This document shows positions 15,214 to 23,191 of a stretch of 36,524 bases of DNA, in pieces. Where the stretch lies: assembly GCA_964363335.1 (NCBI GenBank), contig CAYIHW010000002.1, forward strand, positions 1 through 36,524, read 5' to 3'. The notes beneath the pieces are model-generated. The model had not been told where the DNA came from. It saw nothing but the letters and a program-made list of their open reading frames with translations, and made no database searches. Every line of letters starts with the position of its first letter. The first letter of the stretch is position 1. A program made the position numbers and the translations under genes. This stretch comes from an uncultured Candidatus Saccharibacteria bacterium. Its GTDB lineage: Bacteria; Patescibacteriota; Doudnabacteria; UBA920.

Positions 15214-18200
15214 ATGAAAAAAACTAAAAAATTTAAAAAAACTTCTCAAACAATTAAATCCGCGATTATGGACAAAGTCAAAATCAAGCGCGTAAAGCGC
15301 GAAAAGAAAAAAGTTAGCACGAAGGAAAAAATTCTCGCCGGTATTGGCGTGGGTTCCACGCTTTTGGGCGCGGCCGCGCCGTTCGCGCCAAAAACTTCCC
15401 AGACTCAGTTTGTCCGCACGCAGAGCGGGCAAAAAACTTCCACCGCGGCCGGTAAAGTGAAGGCGGCCTTGTCGCGGTTTTTTGGCGTGAGTACAGCCAA
15501 GGCCTCGGTTACCCGGGAATATTTAGACACTTTGGGCGCGGACGTAACGGCGGCCAAAACTGCCTTGGCGAGTTTTGACCAGTGGGTAACAGAGGCTACG
15601 GCGGACTCGGCTAATTTTGGCACTCAGGAAGAAACTGATGCTCGTCTGGCTGAAATTCAAGCAAAAGTAGACACTGAGCGCCCAAGTTTGGTGACAGCGC
15701 AAGAGGCGGCCGAAAGCGCGTACAGCAGCGCGGCGGATGAATTTATTATCCAACAAAAAGTACCTCCTCCGGCTCCTGCGGATACCGGCCCAAAGATTAA
15801 TGATGTAAGGAAAAATTCCGAAGGGTATAATGAAATATTTACCGGATCTGTCTGGATGTTACGAGACGGCCAAGAAAAATTAGTCAGTGGGACTTTATAT
15901 AGGAGCAGTAATGGCGTGTGGATAGAGCAGCAAGCAAGTGGCGGTGCCGTAGCTCATACTTATACTATTACCACCGGCGCTTCAAGTATGTCCGTAGACC
16001 AGGGTACTTGGGGAGGCATGACTTTTAACATAGTAGATGAAACCGGCAGTCCGGTTTCCTTGGTTGGCGCTTCGGCGCAGACCTCAAATAGTAATATAGT
16101 ATTGGCACAGATTGAGGGAGATAAAGTTGCTGTCCGGGGTATAAACGAAGGTGATGCTAAAGTAACAATTAGTTACGGCGGAACATCTGTCACTTTTAAT
16201 GTGACTGTAAATCAGGTCGCGGAAAAAGTTGTAGAGGAAAAAATTATAGACAATACTCCAACAGAAGGAGCAACTCAAACTATAGATGAGTTGCCTCAAA
16301 TTTTTCATAACAATCACTGGGTGGTTGTGTCAGGAAAAGAAGTTACCAACCCTAATACTTTTATTTATATTGCAGATGGCGAGGGCGGATGGACCTTAAA
16401 AGACGGACAAACAAAAACTGAAATTGGCGGGATTGTTTACGTATCAGCAAGCGGAGAATGGGTTCGCCAAAATACTAATACTCAAACCCCACCTCCTACC
16501 GCGGTTGCACCAAAAATTACAGCCGGTGATTTGCAAAATCTTGAGGTGTATAAATATGGGACCCAGCTGGCTTCCTATATTGGCGGAGGAGTTCAAAAAA
16601 CTGTCTACATTGGGGTAGGCGGCAAGCTGTATGATTTTAATGATAATTCATTATTGAATTTAACCGCGGAAGAATCCGCTTTAATTATTAATGCCATGGA
16701 AGCGCAGGTGCCGAACAAAGGCGGGGAAGTTTTGCATACTTATTCCATTAGCGCTTCTTCAGCAACGGTTAAAGCCGGCGCTAGTACGGAAGTTTTATTT
16801 ACAGTGACTGACGAATCCGGCAATATTGTAACCCCAAGCACCTCAAGAATTAGTGGAAATATGGCAACAGTTGCCTCCTCAGATTCTTCTATAGCGACCG
16901 TAGCAATAGTTTCCGGAAATAAATTGAAAATTTCCGGTGAGAGTGTTGGCACCGCTAATATTACCATTAATTACGGTACCGCTTCGGCCAATTTTGAAGT
17001 GATTGTGGAGGCTCCGGACAGTGTGGGGGCACCAGCGGCAATGGTTAATGCCGATGAATTGGAAACTCTGACAGTGTACCGTACGGAAAAAGGCTTAGCG
17101 GCTTATGTGGGAGGCGAAGTGAGGCAGACGGTTTATATCGGCGCGGATCAGAAACTGCATAATTTTGAAACCGACGCGGTTATTGAACTGGCTCCGGGGT
17201 CTTTGGAAAATATTCAAAAAGCTTTTACCGAACAGGCTCCGAAAGAAGGAGAAATTATTTCCGAATTTTCCATAATTTCCGCCGGGCAAAACAGTCTTCC
17301 GGCCAAGGCCGGCGATTACAGAGAATACCGTTTTCAGGTTATTGGCAATAAAGACCAAATACTGGACGCCGGAAATTATACTTGGAGTATGGAAGGCGAA
17401 CTGCCGCCGGGGATGGAATTTAACGCGGCCGATGCCGGAACAATTTTTGGCATACCCGCCGGCGAGACTGCCGGCAAGGAGTATAAAGTTACTGTAAAAG
17501 CAGATGATGGCACAACGGAAAAAACGGTTGAACTGACCATAAAAATTAGTTCAGCTGAGGCAGGAGTTGTGGCTACAATTGAAACAGTCATCGAAAAAGC
17601 CAAAATTACTCCATGGGCTGGTCTTACCGCGGAAGAAAAACAATTATTTACCGATTATTTTATAACATCAAGTCAAAATTTAGACAAGATCCCCTCAAGT
17701 TTTGCCCAAGAGAGCACTTTTGCCACGGCGCTGAAAGATGTTTTAGCGGCTAAAACTTTAATTAACGGCCTGCTGTATACTTTAACAAACGGAGTTTGGA
17801 CCGGCCAAGCGCCTGTTACTGTCGGGCAAGCAATTGGACAAGCCGCCTTTGCCAAAGCGGACGGTGCTTCGGCAACCAACATGAAAGTTGGCGATGTTTG
17901 GAAAATCAGCATTACCGGCGCTAAACCTAACGCCGAAGTAACGGTTGGAACCGAACAAGTATTGCCGAATGGGCAGAAAAAAGTCGGCATCCGCGTTTTA
18001 GGGACAACTGACGCGCAAGGACGGCTAACTGTTACAGACACCGTGCTAGCCGAGCATGTTGGCAATTGGGGTATGCGGATAAAAGTAGGCGGCCAGGATA
18101 TGGGCGTTGCCATAAATTTTGCCATTACCGCCCTTGCTACAAATGTTCCTTTTGATTCAGACAACATTTTAAAGAGCGGATGGAAAATTTACACGGTTAC

Positions 18201-20124
18201 TGTTTATTACAACGACCAGTTAAAAATATATTCCAATAGGTCGGGAACTGTTCAGGGTAAGACTTATGAGGAGGTTAGGGATGGAATAATCAAACAGGGG
18301 TTAGGACTAGGTTCTTCCGCCCCGGTTTTTCTGAGTAATGTTTATTTATATAATAGTATTGATAAAACATTAACTCCGCGCCGTACCGACAACCACGCGA
18401 CTTTGGAAGTCGCCCAAAAAATTGCCCAAGCGCTGGGTGGAGTAGTAGAGGTTAGCTATTTTGGCGCCGGCGGCGGTTCGCCTGTTGTGGAAGTGCTTGG
18501 AAATAAAGCACCTACCTCAAACGCGGATTTAGCGCCTACGTATGGTATAAGGGTTGGTAATGTTTTAATTGACGCGGGTGATTTTGCCAATAAAATAGCA
18601 ATGTATGGCTTGGAAGGCGCTATTGCTCAATTAAAACAGGGGCTGGCGGATGAGGCTCGCCCGGGCAACACCGGTTTGCCTAATAATCCGGGAGTCGGTA
18701 CTAATCTTGGCGGAACAACAACCGGAGCGTTTGTTTTGAACATTGCCAGTGTGTCCGCGCGAAATTTAAAAGCAGGGGATACGTTAACCATAACCGGCCA
18801 GGGGATTACGGCCGGCAATGTTGCCGTAGAGCTGATAAATTCAGCGGGAAATGTTTTGGGTTTTCAAACACTGCCGCAATTTGGTTCCGGAACCGTATCG
18901 GTGGTACTGCCGTCAAATATAGCCACCGGACAATATTCGGTAAGGTTGAAATATGTCGGGACGGGAGTTAATTTTGGTAAAGTATCAAATACAGAGACAA
19001 TTAATGTTATTGCCGGAGGCGTGGTAGCGACGGATTTTGGCAGTGATATGGTATATGAAAATGCCCCGGTAATTACTCAGCTTTCCATAACATCAGTTAG
19101 CAGAAGCCAATTGGCAAATAACTATCGGATGGCCATTGTCGGCAGTAAGTTTAATTCCGAGTTAGCCAAAAATTCCGTGGAAATTGTAAATAGCTCCGGC
19201 GCCGTAATTCACAGAATCACCCCCAATATGGTCTTAGGTCAGGGTTTAATATTTACCTTGCCAAGTAACCTCGCGGTGGGCAGTTATAAAGTTCAGGTCA
19301 AGAATTTATTAGGCATACCTAGGGTTTCTAACCAATTATCTTTTATAGTTACCGACTCCGTAGTTTCCAATGATGATTTGGATTTGACTGATGGAGCTGG
19401 TGGCGGTATCGTATCATTTACCGATAGGTATGGGGGCGTGGCTGGAACTGGAACCACGACAGGAACGACAGGAACGACAGGAACGACAGGAACGACTTCT
19501 TCCTCGGATCAGTTAATTATTAGCCAATTACAAAGCCAAATTTCCCAACTGCAAAACCGAATAGATGCTTTAAATACCGCTTTAGCAAACAGGAGCGGGA
19601 CGAATACCGTAACAGTGATTGATTCCGGCACTACCGCGCAAATTGTTGGCTTGCAATCCCAAGTTCAACAGCTAAATAATTTGATCTCGCAATTACGCGC
19701 CTCCACCGGCAATACCGTAACCACCTATGGTGCCGTGCAAGGATCCGGCTTTAATGGGCCATCAGGTTTGCAGATGCCGCAAAATTACAGAGATATGAGC
19801 GGAACTTATGCCAATGTTAACGGGACAATTTATAACAAAAATACCGGCAAAGGGTTTTCCACTGCCGCGGAATTTTTTGCCGAAGCCGGTGTGAGTTCTT
19901 TTGACGGCTTAGAGTTTGACTCTAGTTGGAGGCCGGCGGCTGTGTTGGGCGCGACAACCATGGCAACTTACAAAGTTAAGAAGGGTGACACGCTGTGGGG
20001 AATTTCTAAAAAATATTACGGGGACGGGACAAAATGGAGAAAAATTTTGGAAGCCAATACTGACAAAGTCAAGAATCCCAAAACCATGAAAGTCGGGATT
20101 GAGTTAACCATTCCAAATTTGTAA
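15214..20124 (+). CDS. giant surface protein (1636 aa) with Ig-like (Big_2 / IPT-like) repeats, coiled coil and C-terminal LysM domain
   Basis: Repeats such as YTITTGASSMSVD...VAVRGINEGDAKVTISYGGTSVTFNVTV are Big_2-like. ITSVS...L.I.G..F.....V.. segments are IPT/TIG-like. There is a TTG(TTG)n linker and heptad-like QLQSQISQLQNRIDALN. The C-terminal YKVKKGDTLWGISKKYYGDGTKWRKILEAN......IELTIP (19969-20121) is a canonical LysM. Confidence 0.85.
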   Translation: MKKTKKFKKTSQTIKSAIMDKVKIKRVKREKKKVSTKEKILAGIGVGSTLLGAAAPFAPKTSQTQFVRTQSGQKTSTAAGKVKAALSRFFGVSTAKASVTREYLDTLGADVTAAKTALASFDQWVTEATADSANFGTQEETDARLAEIQAKVDTERPSLVTAQEAAESAYSSAADEFIIQQKVPPPAPADTGPKINDVRKNSEGYNEIFTGSVWMLRDGQEKLVSGTLYRSSNGVWIEQQASGGAVAHTYTITTGASSMSVDQGTWGGMTFNIVDETGSPVSLVGASAQTSNSNIVLAQIEGDKVAVRGINEGDAKVTISYGGTSVTFNVTVNQVAEKVVEEKIIDNTPTEGATQTIDELPQIFHNNHWVVVSGKEVTNPNTFIYIADGEGGWTLKDGQTKTEIGGIVYVSASGEWVRQNTNTQTPPPTAVAPKITAGDLQNLEVYKYGTQLASYIGGGVQKTVYIGVGGKLYDFNDNSLLNLTAEESALIINAMEAQVPNKGGEVLHTYSISASSATVKAGASTEVLFTVTDESGNIVTPSTSRISGNMATVASSDSSIATVAIVSGNKLKISGESVGTANITINYGTASANFEVIVEAPDSVGAPAAMVNADELETLTVYRTEKGLAAYVGGEVRQTVYIGADQKLHNFETDAVIELAPGSLENIQKAFTEQAPKEGEIISEFSIISAGQNSLPAKAGDYREYRFQVIGNKDQILDAGNYTWSMEGELPPGMEFNAADAGTIFGIPAGETAGKEYKVTVKADDGTTEKTVELTIKISSAEAGVVATIETVIEKAKITPWAGLTAEEKQLFTDYFITSSQNLDKIPSSFAQESTFATALKDVLAAKTLINGLLYTLTNGVWTGQAPVTVGQAIGQAAFAKADGASATNMKVGDVWKISITGAKPNAEVTVGTEQVLPNGQKKVGIRVLGTTDAQGRLTVTDTVLAEHVGNWGMRIKVGGQDMGVAINFAITALATNVPFDSDNILKSGWKIYTVTVYYNDQLKIYSNRSGTVQGKTYEEVRDGIIKQGLGLGSSAPVFLSNVYLYNSIDKTLTPRRTDNHATLEVAQKIAQALGGVVEVSYFGAGGGSPVVEVLGNKAPTSNADLAPTYGIRVGNVLIDAGDFANKIAMYGLEGAIAQLKQGLADEARPGNTGLPNNPGVGTNLGGTTTGAFVLNIASVSARNLKAGDTLTITGQGITAGNVAVELINSAGNVLGFQTLPQFGSGTVSVVLPSNIATGQYSVRLKYVGTGVNFGKVSNTETINVIAGGVVATDFGSDMVYENAPVITQLSITSVSRSQLANNYRMAIVGSKFNSELAKNSVEIVNSSGAVIHRITPNMVLGQGLIFTLPSNLAVGSYKVQVKNLLGIPRVSNQLSFIVTDSVVSNDDLDLTDGAGGGIVSFTDRYGGVAGTGTTTGTTGTTGTTGTTSSSDQLIISQLQSQISQLQNRIDALNTALANRSGTNTVTVIDSGTTAQIVGLQSQVQQLNNLISQLRASTGNTVTTYGAVQGSGFNGPSGLQMPQNYRDMSGTYANVNGTIYNKNTGKGFSTAAEFFAEAGVSSFDGLEFDSSWRPAAVLGATTMATYKVKKGDTLWGISKKYYGDGTKWRKILEANTDKVKNPKTMKVGIELTIPNL
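19459..19494 (+). repeat. 9-nt tandem repeat (ACAGGAACG) x4, in frame (Thr-Gly-Thr linker)
   Basis: Four perfect units read directly, with degenerate units just upstream (19444-19458). Confidence 0.9.
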
Positions 20125-20150
20125 AGTTTCATAAATATCAGTTTTTTAGA

Positions 20151-20184
20151 AGATAACCGTCCCGATTTGTCTGGACGGTTATCT
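20151..20184 (+). terminator. hairpin after the LysM giant gene (probable terminator)
   Basis: Perfect 12-bp stem AGATAACCGTCC / GGACGGTTATCT with a 10-nt loop. The T-rich tract is not immediately adjacent (gtctgccgattttgtatttt). Confidence 0.5.
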
Positions 20185-20214
20185 GTCTGCCGATTTTGTA
20201 TTTTAAGTTTAAGG

Positions 20215-20223
20215 TGCTATTAT
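20215..20223 (+). promoter_or_regulatory. extended -10 promoter (TGcTATTAT)
   Basis: TG-n-TATTAT lies 55 nt upstream of the ATG at 20278. Confidence 0.45.
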
Positions 20224-20277
20224 TAGTAAATAATTCATAATTTAGAATAGGGGCAATTGTCCCGTAAAGGAACTGCT

Positions 20278-21081
20278 ATGGAAAATGAATCACACAAGCA
20301 TATCCATGATGAGAATTGTAATCATGGATATAGCCCGCCCACAATAATTGCAGGCAGTATAATAGCCGCCGCAGTCATAATCGCGCTTAGTATCTTTTAT
20401 AATACTAAGCTAATTTTGAATAATTCCGGCAACTCCGGAGGCTTGGTCGCTCTACAAGGAAACTCCGCTAAAGGCGCTGCTGTTCCCAACCAGCCTTCGG
20501 TTCCCAGCCAGCCAACCGGGCCGGTTAAGGTGAACGAAAGAAAGAGCGCTCCGGTTTTGGGAAAAAGCGATGCTAAAGTGACGATTGTGGAGTTTTCCGA
20601 CTTTCAGTGCCCTTTTTGTAAACAATTTATAGACCAGACATTCGCGCAAATTAAAAGCACATATATTGATACCGGTAAAGTTAAACTGGTATTCAGGCAT
20701 TTCCCATTGCCCTTTCACGCAAATGCCCAAGGGTCCGCTGTGGCCGCGGAGTGTGCAAACCAACAAGGGAAATTTTGGCAGTATCATGATTTATTGTTTA
20801 AAAACGGCAAAGCCGATGGTATAGGTTTAGCGACTGAGGACTTAAAAAAATACGCAGATAGTTTAGGCTTAAATAACGGCAGTTTTGGTTTTGGTAAAAA
20901 TAAATTTAATCAATGCCTCGACTCCAACGTAACTTTAAGTATTGTGCAGGGTGACCAAAAAGACGGCCAGGCCGTCGGAGTATCCGGCACCCCGACATTT
21001 AATATTAACGGCAAGCAACTGGTTGGTGCTCAACCTTTTAGCGCATTCCAACAGGCAATAGATGAGGCGTTGGGTAAGTAG
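20278..21081 (+). CDS. DsbA-family thiol:disulfide oxidoreductase with N-terminal TM anchor
   Basis: VTIVEFSDFQCPFCKQF contains the CPFC active site, and the later GTPTFNING block is DsbA/thioredoxin-like. A TM helix reads IIAGSIIAAAVIIALSIF. I preferred the ATG at 20278, which has AGGA 6 nt upstream, over the TTG at 20257. Confidence 0.85.
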   Translation: MENESHKHIHDENCNHGYSPPTIIAGSIIAAAVIIALSIFYNTKLILNNSGNSGGLVALQGNSAKGAAVPNQPSVPSQPTGPVKVNERKSAPVLGKSDAKVTIVEFSDFQCPFCKQFIDQTFAQIKSTYIDTGKVKLVFRHFPLPFHANAQGSAVAAECANQQGKFWQYHDLLFKNGKADGIGLATEDLKKYADSLGLNNGSFGFGKNKFNQCLDSNVTLSIVQGDQKDGQAVGVSGTPTFNINGKQLVGAQPFSAFQQAIDEALGK

Positions 21082-21086
21082 ATAGT

Positions 21087-21118
21087 AAAAGCCCGCTCCG
21101 ATATCGGAGCGGGCTTTT
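21087..21118. terminator. bidirectional rho-independent terminator (perfect 32-nt palindrome)
   Basis: AAAAGCCCGCTCCGAT|ATCGGAGCGGGCTTTT carries an A-tract and a T-tract on either side. It sits between convergent genes. Confidence 0.8.
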
Positions 21119-21135
21119 ACCCACGCACCAGAAAG

Positions 21136-21157
21136 CCCCGCCCTTCCTTGGGCGGGG
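21136..21157 (-). terminator. GC hairpin downstream of the PaaX-like gene
   Basis: CCCCGCCC-ttcctt-GGGCGGGG lies 15 nt past the minus-strand stop. The U-tract is weak (CUUUCU). Confidence 0.45.
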
Positions 21158-21171
21158 AGTTTCACTATCTA

Positions 21172-21663
21172 CTAAGATACCGGAAACATTTTTTCTAAGT
21201 CATCAACTCGGTTTATATCTTTGACTTTTATTAGCCGGACAAAGAATCTTTTTGCCAACTGGTTGAATTCATCTTCAATATCCGCGTCCAGGGTAAAGGG
21301 CGATATCCAAATACTATTCTGCCATTTTTTAAAATGCAGCTGTTTTAATTTTGCCCGCAAAACGGCACGGATTTTTTTTTGTTTTTCCGGAATGTCAAAA
21401 ATAACCAGCTTCCACACCCCGTCTTTTTCCGGATTATTCCGCAAGAGTAATTTTTTACCATCGCCGGTAATTTTCGCCACTAATACGCCCACATCGCGCG
21501 TTTTTTCTACCAGTTCCAGCTTTTCCAGGCGGAACATAATGTTATAAAAAAATTTATAGGGCTTTTCCGGACAGGCGGCTTTATGGAGTCGTTTGTAATT
21601 CTCCGGATTTTTTTTCAGTAAGCCTAGAATTTTTATGGTTATGGGGTCAAATGGTCTGGACAT
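21172..21663 (-). CDS. PaaX-like transcriptional regulator (wHTH plus PaaX middle domain)
   Basis: The N-terminal winged-helix-like segment is followed by GVWKLVIFDIPEKQKKIRAVLRAKLKQLHFKKWQNSIWISP. This fits the PaaX-family pattern W..v.fdiPe..r..R..lr..L...gF..l..svWisP. Confidence 0.7.
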   Translation of the reverse strand: MSRPFDPITIKILGLLKKNPENYKRLHKAACPEKPYKFFYNIMFRLEKLELVEKTRDVGVLVAKITGDGKKLLLRNNPEKDGVWKLVIFDIPEKQKKIRAVLRAKLKQLHFKKWQNSIWISPFTLDADIEDEFNQLAKRFFVRLIKVKDINRVDDLEKMFPVS

Positions 21664-21852
21664 ATAAAGAGGTTAAGGGGGGTGGAAACGATAACAAGAA
21701 CGATAACGTAAGTTTGATGGATGCCTATCTCCTATAATGATACTATTAACCACATAGTTTCGTCAAATATAAAAAGTAATTGTTAATTGGACAAAAGTAA
21801 ACTATTATTGTTTGGTTAAAAGCAATTGTGGATAAACAAACTTGCTGAAATG

Positions 21853-21861
21853 TGCTAAAAT
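21853..21861 (+). promoter_or_regulatory. extended -10 promoter (TGcTAAAAT)
   Basis: TG-n-TAAAAT lies 21 nt upstream of the ATG at 21882. Confidence 0.45.
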
Positions 21862-21881
21862 ATTAAGAGACTGTATTTCTT

Positions 21882-22484
21882 ATGAAAGCAAAAATTGTGT
21901 TTAAAAATTACCTGTGTTTATTATTAATTGTGGTTTTTGGCATTGTTGGCCCACTTAATAATATTGCCGGGGCAAAAAGCTCTGGCAGTGATTTTAGCAA
22001 TTCCGTAGCGGCTTATTCGGTCAGAACCATTCAGGTGGTTGAAGTGGCAAATACTGCCCCGAATCACACGATGGTCAGCGTAGCTAATTCTGAAAATGCA
22101 AGTGGGGCAGTTGGTTGTATGACAGCTAAATTTTACGGTGATAACTCTGTTCAGGGCCAGTCGATCATGAACCTAAACCAGCCTGCCTCATGTTTTAGGC
22201 TAGTGGCAGGATTTTCCAATAGTACTCAAAAAGTATCTGTGACAACAGTATCGCTGATAAAATCAATGGTCGTAGTTGCCACTTGGCCGGTTCAAACAAT
22301 TGTTTCTTTCAGGCTAAATTCAGCTCCTGCCCAGCCGGTTCCCTCTATTCCCACCCAGGCTTATGTTTTTATTGTTGTAGTGTTAGCGGGTTTTGGGGTT
22401 AAAAAATTAGCCCGGAAAATTAATCAAAAATCTTCTTTTGTTAATATGCAAAATTTTGGTTTGCTGATGGTTATGAGGTGTTGA
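21882..22484 (+). CDS. hypothetical secreted protein with C-terminal TM anchor
   Basis: The signal peptide is MKAKIVFKNYLCLLLIVVFGIVGPLNNIAGA. The C-terminus has PSIPTQAYVFIVVVLAGFGVKKLARK. No recognisable domain. Confidence 0.55.
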   Translation: MKAKIVFKNYLCLLLIVVFGIVGPLNNIAGAKSSGSDFSNSVAAYSVRTIQVVEVANTAPNHTMVSVANSENASGAVGCMTAKFYGDNSVQGQSIMNLNQPASCFRLVAGFSNSTQKVSVTTVSLIKSMVVVATWPVQTIVSFRLNSAPAQPVPSIPTQAYVFIVVVLAGFGVKKLARKINQKSSFVNMQNFGLLMVMRC

Positions 22485-22539
22485 AATTATCAAGTCTCTT
22501 TAACAAGTTACAGATTAATTAATAAATAAATATAAATTT

Positions 22540-23109
22540 ATGTCAGACGAAATAAAGATAAACAGGCCGGTAGTCGCCGCGCAAAATGTCGCGGTAGAAC
22601 CAGCCCCAACTTCCAAGATGCCATGGATTATTTTAGCGGTAATCGTGGTTGTTTTGTTGGTAGTGGGTGTGCTGTTCCGCGACAAATTAATGGGTAAGTC
22701 AACCAAAGAGGCTGCCAAAACTGTGAGTATTAAATCTTCAGCTTATAACGCGGTCTTTTTGACTAACGGCCAAGTTTATTTCGGTAAAATGTCCGAGGCT
22801 AGCGACGGGTACACAACCTTAAAAGACATTTATTATCTGCAAGTGGTTCAACAGCCTGGCTTGCAAGGCAGCGGACAAACAGAACAGCAACAGCAAGCTC
22901 AGTCGCAAATTTCCTTAGTTAAGTTAGGCAACGAACTTCATGGTCCGGTAGATGAAATGAAAATTTCCAAGAGCCAAATTTTGTTCTACGAAAGCATGAA
23001 AGAAGACAGCCAGGTAGTACAAGCGATTAATAACTACAAGGCCAACCCACAAGGAACCGCCGCTCCGGCTGCTGCTCCAGCCCCAACAGCCCCTGCGCCG
23101 GTTAAGTAG
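22540..23109 (+). CDS. hypothetical membrane-anchored protein (N-terminal TM, Q-rich linker, A/P-rich C-terminus)
   Basis: 189-aa ORF with TM helix WIILAVIVVVLLVVGVLF. No recognisable domain. Confidence 0.6.
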   Translation: MSDEIKINRPVVAAQNVAVEPAPTSKMPWIILAVIVVVLLVVGVLFRDKLMGKSTKEAAKTVSIKSSAYNAVFLTNGQVYFGKMSEASDGYTTLKDIYYLQVVQQPGLQGSGQTEQQQQAQSQISLVKLGNELHGPVDEMKISKSQILFYESMKEDSQVVQAINNYKANPQGTAAPAAAPAPTAPAPVK

Positions 23110-23123
23110 TAAGTAGTAAGTAG
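23103..23123 (+). repeat. heptamer tandem repeat (TAAGTAG) x3 at the CDS end
   Basis: Read directly from the sequence. Because 7 is not a multiple of 3, the repeat places TAA/TAG stops in all three forward frames. Confidence 0.9.
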
Positions 23124-23124
23124 T

Positions 23125-23156
23125 AAAAGCCCGCTCCAATGTTGGAGCGGGCTTTT
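23125..23156. terminator. bidirectional rho-independent terminator (paralog of 21087-21118)
   Basis: AAAAGCCCGCTCCAATGTTGGAGCGGGCTTTT has the same stem as the 21087 element with one compensated pair near the loop. It sits between convergent genes. Confidence 0.8.
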
Positions 23157-23191
23157 GTCTTTGAAAGTCAAAATTAGCTGTTGTTGCCAGC

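Noticed and set aside
17673-18167. 164-aa minus-strand ORF, with many other 60-140-aa antisense ORFs, inside the giant genes
   Set aside because: All are nested antisense to long, motif-bearing ORFs (Big_2, LysM, pilin motifs). They have no start context and no recognisable motifs.
21172-21663. Cas2-like nuclease (LVIFDIPEK..R..L...L resembles the Cas2 N-terminal beta-strand motif)
   Set aside because: The preceding winged-helix domain and the W..V.FDIPE......WISP pattern fit the PaaX regulator family better, and no other cas genes or array are present.
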